IMG/VR virus record: IMGVR_UViG_3300043464_002149
Strand: one strand, 5' to 3'
DNA: 64,000 nucleotides
DNA from: a virus
Taxonomy: Duplodnaviria; Caudoviricetes
Shown: in pieces, positions 59,559 through 64,000 of the stretch
Layout of the letters: each line of letters opens with the position of its first letter
Position numbering within the stretch: the first letter of the stretch is position 1
Program-made: the position numbers and the translations under genes
Notes under the pieces: generated by a model
Database searches by the model: none
What the model was told of the DNA's origin: nothing
Seen by the model: the letters and a program-made list of their open reading frames with translations, nothing else

Positions 59559-61652
59559 TTAACAAGCGTAAGTGTTAATTACATATCCTTGGCTATCAAT
59601 TTGCAATGTTGTACCATAATCGGCATTAGAATTACCATAATACTTGCTACCACCGTTAAATGGTGTTGTCATTGATGAATTTGTGTAGAATCTTGTGATA
59701 TCTAACCAATCAACTGCATTACCATATACGGTTTGACTTGTTCCAAATAATCCAGAACAATAGTCAGGAGCAGTACTACCACTACTAATTAAAAAATTCG
59801 TTGCAGTTGGGGTAGGTGTTGGTGTTGGTGTAGATGTTACAGTCGGTGTTGCGGTAGGTGTAGATGTTACAGTTGGTGTAGGGGTTGAAGTAACAGTTGC
59901 TGTTGGTGTAGGGGTTGAAGTAACAGTTGCTGTTGGTGTAGGGGTTGAAGTAACAGTTGCTGTTGGGGTTGGTGTCGCTTGAATACCAGACGATTCCCCA
60001 AGTGCTCTATATAATACCTCAACTGTCCAAGTCCCTGAGCTTATTGTTGCGTTTAATCTACCAGTTCCTGAAACATTAAATCCAACAGCACTAGTATTAC
60101 CTAAGTCAATTGTTGTTGTTTCGTTATATGATGAGTTCATGCCATCCCAAACGCTCATAATGTTTCCAGCCCTCATATTAGAACCATTCTTAACAACATA
60201 ATCAAAGAATGCACCATCAAAAGAACCCAAATTAAAAATTTCAGTATTACTTGAGATAGTTGTTCCTGTTGCACATATTTTTGCGTTGTTTATTGTTAAA
60301 CAACCATTGATTGTTTGATTACCATTAAACGTATTTGAACCGGTTGTTGCATAACCTAAGTTGGAGATTTGTGAACTACCACTTATTAAATTAGTATTTG
60401 TGAAATTTATACTAGAAGCGTTAACAGAACCAGAAATTATATGACCACCCTTTGCAACATTTAAATGACCTGAAACAGGTATTGAAAAATAAACCTCAAT
60501 ATTATCACCATCAATAGATTTAATTTCTTGTGGGAAAATTATTTTTCTATTGTTATCATAAACAGTAACAATTGGATAATCTGTCCCCATATTATGATTA
60601 ACAGACCAAGTTGTTGCTGAAGCGAATTGTTGTGTCATTCCACCAGGGCCAGTACCAAGTGACGCAATCACTTTACCGGTTTGTGCCGATGGGAATGTAA
60701 TTGTTGCCGTGTCAGAATTTACAGCTGTTATTTGTGAAGGTAAAATAACTCTATCATTTGTATCGAAAATCTGAAAGATAGGGTATTTTTGACCTAGGTT
60801 ATGATTGAACGTCCAAGTTGTACTAGGTGTTGTTTGATCTAATTTAACAAAACCGCCACCACTTGACCCACCACTTCCACCAGCACCCGCATTAAGAGCA
60901 AATGATGCAGTTAACGCATATGATGAACTAAGAACCGTCATTGACGATGTTTCACTAGTTAATACAACACTTGATGTGAAATTATCTAATGATGATAGAT
61001 GATTATCTGTTGAACTTGTAAAAGAATTAAAACTATTTGTTAAACTATCTAATGAACCAGTTACATTATCAATTCTTGTATTAAGAGATGATGATAATGT
61101 AAGTGTACTAAACTTTAATTCTTTTGTATATCCGTTTGTATTGGTATCAGTATTTGATACTGTGATATCAATACCACCATCACTAATAACTTCAAATGCA
61201 TCAGATCCGGTTGCTCTTAACATTCCAGAGCCTGAAACAAAAATATCTCTAAAATGTGAACCGATTGAAATAAATGCAGTTCCTGGTGCAGATTCGCTTA
61301 CATTTAAACCAGTATCGGAATCAAAATGTAATTTTGAGAATTGTTTATCATAATTGTTCCCATCAACATCTGATCCAGTAACTACAAATGGTACGTTTGT
61401 CAACCCACTCGCATTACCAATAAATGAACCTGTAAAATTTGATGCTGATATAGCACCTACTAAATTAATTGAACCAGTATTAACAGTGTTTGTAACAACC
61501 AATTCTTGTACTGAGGGTCCCCCTGAACCGGATACCGCCATAAAGACTTTACCATCGGCGGTATTAAGCGCTAATTCTCCAAGTTGTAAGTTAGTGTTAG
61601 TTGGTTTTTGACCAGATACACTACTTCTACGCAGTTTTACTATTTGTGCCAT
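59559..61652 (-). CDS. Tail fibre protein with Mtd_N-like N-terminus, HNLG domains and Thr/Pro linker
   Basis: IVKLRR...GELALNTADGK N-terminus, two WxxxHN[LM]G repeats, TPTPTAT linker, small C-terminal domain with two Cys. Confidence 0.75.
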   Translation of the reverse strand: MAQIVKLRRSSVSGQKPTNTNLQLGELALNTADGKVFMAVSGSGGPSVQELVVTNTVNTGSINLVGAISASNFTGSFIGNASGLTNVPFVVTGSDVDGNNYDKQFSKLHFDSDTGLNVSESAPGTAFISIGSHFRDIFVSGSGMLRATGSDAFEVISDGGIDITVSNTDTNTNGYTKELKFSTLTLSSSLNTRIDNVTGSLDSLTNSFNSFTSSTDNHLSSLDNFTSSVVLTSETSSMTVLSSSYALTASFALNAGAGGSGGSSGGGFVKLDQTTPSTTWTFNHNLGQKYPIFQIFDTNDRVILPSQITAVNSDTATITFPSAQTGKVIASLGTGPGGMTQQFASATTWSVNHNMGTDYPIVTVYDNNRKIIFPQEIKSIDGDNIEVYFSIPVSGHLNVAKGGHIISGSVNASSINFTNTNLISGSSQISNLGYATTGSNTFNGNQTINGCLTINNAKICATGTTISSNTEIFNLGSFDGAFFDYVVKNGSNMRAGNIMSVWDGMNSSYNETTTIDLGNTSAVGFNVSGTGRLNATISSGTWTVEVLYRALGESSGIQATPTPTATVTSTPTPTATVTSTPTPTATVTSTPTPTVTSTPTATPTVTSTPTPTPTPTATNFLISSGSTAPDYCSGLFGTSQTVYGNAVDWLDITRFYTNSSMTTPFNGGSKYYGNSNADYGTTLQIDSQGYVINTYAC
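59872..59966 (-). repeat. Perfect 30-nt tandem repeat, about 3.2 copies (TATVTSTPTP)
   Basis: gttggtgtaggggttgaagtaacagttgct repeated exactly. Confidence 0.95.
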
Positions 61653-61715
61653 ATATATGGGTCCCTCAAAATTGTTGTGGTATATACCACTGTTAATAAC
61701 CTATGTAGGTCTTAC

Positions 61716-61723
61716 TATAAATA
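61716..61723 (-). promoter_or_regulatory. Putative late-promoter motif TATTTATA downstream of the terminator
   Basis: Sits between the terminator and the next start codon, where re-initiation is needed. Confidence 0.5.
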
Positions 61724-61744
61724 CATAAAAAATATGATTGTGTA

Positions 61745-61782
61745 AATAAAAAAGGGAGGTTTTTATCCTCCCTTTTATTTTT
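61745..61782 (-). terminator. Rho-independent terminator (possibly bidirectional)
   Basis: Stem aaaagggagg/cctccctttt (61750-61776) with a 7-nt loop and a U-tract on the minus strand, just after the stop at 61800. Confidence 0.85.
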
Positions 61783-61799
61783 TATCCTAATATAAACGT

Positions 61800-64000
61800 T
61801 TAGTACGTTCCGCCATCGATCACTGTAGAAAACTTAAGTGCCCCATCTGAATTTTTATATCCTAAAATTCCATCAAGTACATCTGTTGTTTCTGTTGTTG
61901 ACACAAAACCAACCACATTACTTGAATTTCTAAACATAATAGCAGATGTGTTGTTTCCATTATCTGTTCCACCTGAATATGAAAGTGTGAAGTTACCGCT
62001 TATCGCCGTATCACCACTACTTGAATCAACCGTAAATTTATTTGTATTAAAAGATAATGTTGTACCACTATATCTTAGTAAACTATCACCAATTGTATTT
62101 GTTCCCGTTGCAATTGGGAAATATGTGTCAGTTAAACTATTTTCTGAACCGTATGTTCCAGCTGTTGTACCAATCATTTTACTTGATTGACCACTTGAAG
62201 AAACAAACATCCAGTAATCATTCAATGAATCCCAAACTACAGATCCAGAAATCCCTGAAGAACCAGAATCTATAACTTCAAATCCAGCATATCTTTCAAA
62301 TGGTGAATATGCATTTAATCTTATAATGTTATCATCCAATTCAATTGTTTGTGATTGAATAATTACATTTGTTGCTGAACCTAATACTTCTAAGTTACCA
62401 GATACATATAAATTTGATTGTAGTTGAGTATTTCCCGTTACTGTTAGTACACCATTTACAGTTAAGTCACCATTGTTTGTTAAACCATTTGTGGTTAATG
62501 AACCTGAAGTTCTAACGTCTCCATCATTTGTGTCAACTTCGAATTGACCGTTTCCGATTTTGAAAACAGTACCATTATAAGTAAATCCTGAACTATCAAT
62601 TAATGAACCACCAGCACCTACGGTTACAATTCTGTCTTGTGTTAAATCTTCAACGGTTGCGGACGCTAATGTTGCTTCACTATCAACATTAATTGTTGAT
62701 TTAAATTGTGCAGAACCTGTAACATCTAAAGTTGAATTCATACCTACAGCCCCTCTTAATTCTGATGTAGAGTTTACTTGTAAGGTTGATTTTAAAGTTG
62801 CAGAACCTGTAACATCCAAACTTGAGTTCATACCTACAGCACCTTTAAGTTGTGATGTTGAATCAACCTGTAATGTTGATTTTAAAGTTGCTGAACCTGT
62901 TACATCCAAAGTTGAGTTAAGCCCTGTCGCCCCTTGAACTTCTAATGTTGATTTTAAAATTGCTGAACCTGTTACATCCAAAGTTGAGTTAAGTCCTGTC
63001 GCCCCTTTAACTTCTAATGTTGAATTTAGAGTTGATGAACCTGTAACATCCAAAGTTGAGTTAAGTCCTGTTGCACCTTTAACTTCTAATGTTGAATTTA
63101 GAGTTGATGAACCTGTAACATTTAATGAAGAACTAACAATTACACCGTTTACACCAACAAGTGTTGCTGTTTGTGCACTATCATTAATCATTAAGTAATT
63201 GGTGTCGTCACCAAAGAAACTTAAACCATTACTAGATTTAATGTGTACATCACTTGCGCCTGTGTTATAAATTTCAAAATATCTTCCGTCGATTTGATCG
63301 GGTTGTAAATAAAGTGAACCAGTACCTAAAATTTTGTCAGTGAACACTGAACCTGTTACTTGTAATGATGAACTAACAATTACACCATTTACACCAACAA
63401 GTGTTGCTGTTTGTGCCGAGTCGTCAATTTTTAAGTAATTCGTATCATCACCAAAGAAGTTAAAATCTGTATTACCTTTAAAGTGAATATCATTACCCGA
63501 AGGTGATGCAGTATTATAAATTTGAAAAAATCTCGAGTCATTTAAATCAGGTTTTAAATATAATGAACCCGTTCCTTGGATATTTGTAACCTCAAGTGCT
63601 CCTGATAAGTTTAAATTACCATTATCAAAAGTTAAACCACTGTAATCTGTTATTAAACCATTAGCACCAGCTACTACTAATCTTTTTTCTGTTAATGCAT
63701 CATTAAAAATTGATCCAGAAACTACTACTTGATCTCCACCACCTGTTCCTAAGTATGATGAACCACTAACAACCAAATCTTCAAATACAGTAATTCCATC
63801 AAGTGAAATTGATTGTGCTTCTAAAATATTAACATATGCTGTTCCACTAACATGTAAATTTCTCCAATTTTTGTCTGTTGAACCTAAATCAAATGAATCA
63901 TGAACATCAGGAACGATTGAAGAACTAACTTCACCGGCAAGAATAATATTATCGGCACTTGAATCACCGACAGTAATATTACCTTTCATAACAATTGAAC
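61800..64000 (-). CDS. Tail fibre/beta-helix repeat protein (5'-truncated at the right edge)
   Basis: Frame is open to the window edge upstream of 63989; 24-aa repeats, a duplicated GTGSLYLxPD...FFGDDTNYL module, and C-terminal IDGGTY. Confidence 0.75.
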   Translation of the reverse strand, partial: SIVMKGNITVGDSSADNIILAGEVSSSIVPDVHDSFDLGSTDKNWRNLHVSGTAYVNILEAQSISLDGITVFEDLVVSGSSYLGTGGGDQVVVSGSIFNDALTEKRLVVAGANGLITDYSGLTFDNGNLNLSGALEVTNIQGTGSLYLKPDLNDSRFFQIYNTASPSGNDIHFKGNTDFNFFGDDTNYLKIDDSAQTATLVGVNGVIVSSSLQVTGSVFTDKILGTGSLYLQPDQIDGRYFEIYNTGASDVHIKSSNGLSFFGDDTNYLMINDSAQTATLVGVNGVIVSSSLNVTGSSTLNSTLEVKGATGLNSTLDVTGSSTLNSTLEVKGATGLNSTLDVTGSAILKSTLEVQGATGLNSTLDVTGSATLKSTLQVDSTSQLKGAVGMNSSLDVTGSATLKSTLQVNSTSELRGAVGMNSTLDVTGSAQFKSTINVDSEATLASATVEDLTQDRIVTVGAGGSLIDSSGFTYNGTVFKIGNGQFEVDTNDGDVRTSGSLTTNGLTNNGDLTVNGVLTVTGNTQLQSNLYVSGNLEVLGSATNVIIQSQTIELDDNIIRLNAYSPFERYAGFEVIDSGSSGISGSVVWDSLNDYWMFVSSSGQSSKMIGTTAGTYGSENSLTDTYFPIATGTNTIGDSLLRYSGTTLSFNTNKFTVDSSSGDTAISGNFTLSYSGGTDNGNNTSAIMFRNSSNVVGFVSTTETTDVLDGILGYKNSDGALKFSTVIDGGTY
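62700..63125 (-). repeat. 72-nt (24-aa) tandem repeats VTGSxxLxSTLxVxGAxGLNSTLD
   Basis: Visible at both DNA and protein level. Confidence 0.85.

Noticed and set aside
59872-59966. CRISPR-like 30-nt repeats
   Set aside because: The copies are head-to-tail with no spacers, lie in frame within a CDS, and no cas genes are present.
59559-61652. Diversity-generating retroelement suggested by the Mtd_N-like N-terminus
   Set aside because: No reverse transcriptase or TR/VR pair is visible, and differences between paralogous segments (e.g. the propeller genes) fall at wobble positions rather than being adenine-specific.
1-64000. Stop-codon reassignment as seen in some large phages
   Set aside because: Genes are full length under the standard code, and TAA, TAG and TGA all terminate genes with tight coupling to the next start.
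1-64000. tRNA, rRNA, integrase or transposase genes
   Set aside because: Intergenic gaps are nearly all under 80 nt (longest about 147 nt) with no cloverleaf, and no recombinase or transposase motifs were seen.

Overview
AT-rich window with almost every real gene on the minus strand, tightly packed with ATGA/TAATG overlaps, A-rich leaders and almost no Shine-Dalgarno sequences. It looks like the tail-fibre/virion-surface region of a very large phage. No capsid or terminase gene is in view, so this is inference. A Bacteroidota host is suggested by a partial TonB-dependent-receptor N-terminus and a DUF2061-cysC arrangement. In transcription order (right to left) it encodes: (i) five long repetitive fibre proteins (729+, 697, 1866, 2027 and, further left, 2533 aa) with LamG and fibrinogen-like lectin modules; (ii) a ~27 kb enzyme island between the fibre genes, with glycosyltransferases (two GT7-like with inserted LamG), a methyltransferase, eight N-terminal-twitch radical SAM enzymes, five 2OG-Fe(II) oxygenases, an APS kinase plus HxGH nucleotidyltransferase, two sulfotransferases, and an ATP-grasp-like/Hint-domain protein ending in a 30-aa Cys/Trp-rich peptide; (iii) three paralogous propeller-like tail proteins followed by a rSAM-SPASM, a U32 protein and a methyltransferase. 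The most striking signals are the Hint-releasable peptide (RiPP-like), a shared C-terminal K-[ST]-[LI]-I tag on unrelated enzymes, the rSAM array, and a probable virion glycosylation/sulfation pathway. Family names come from motif recognition by eye; no database search was run.
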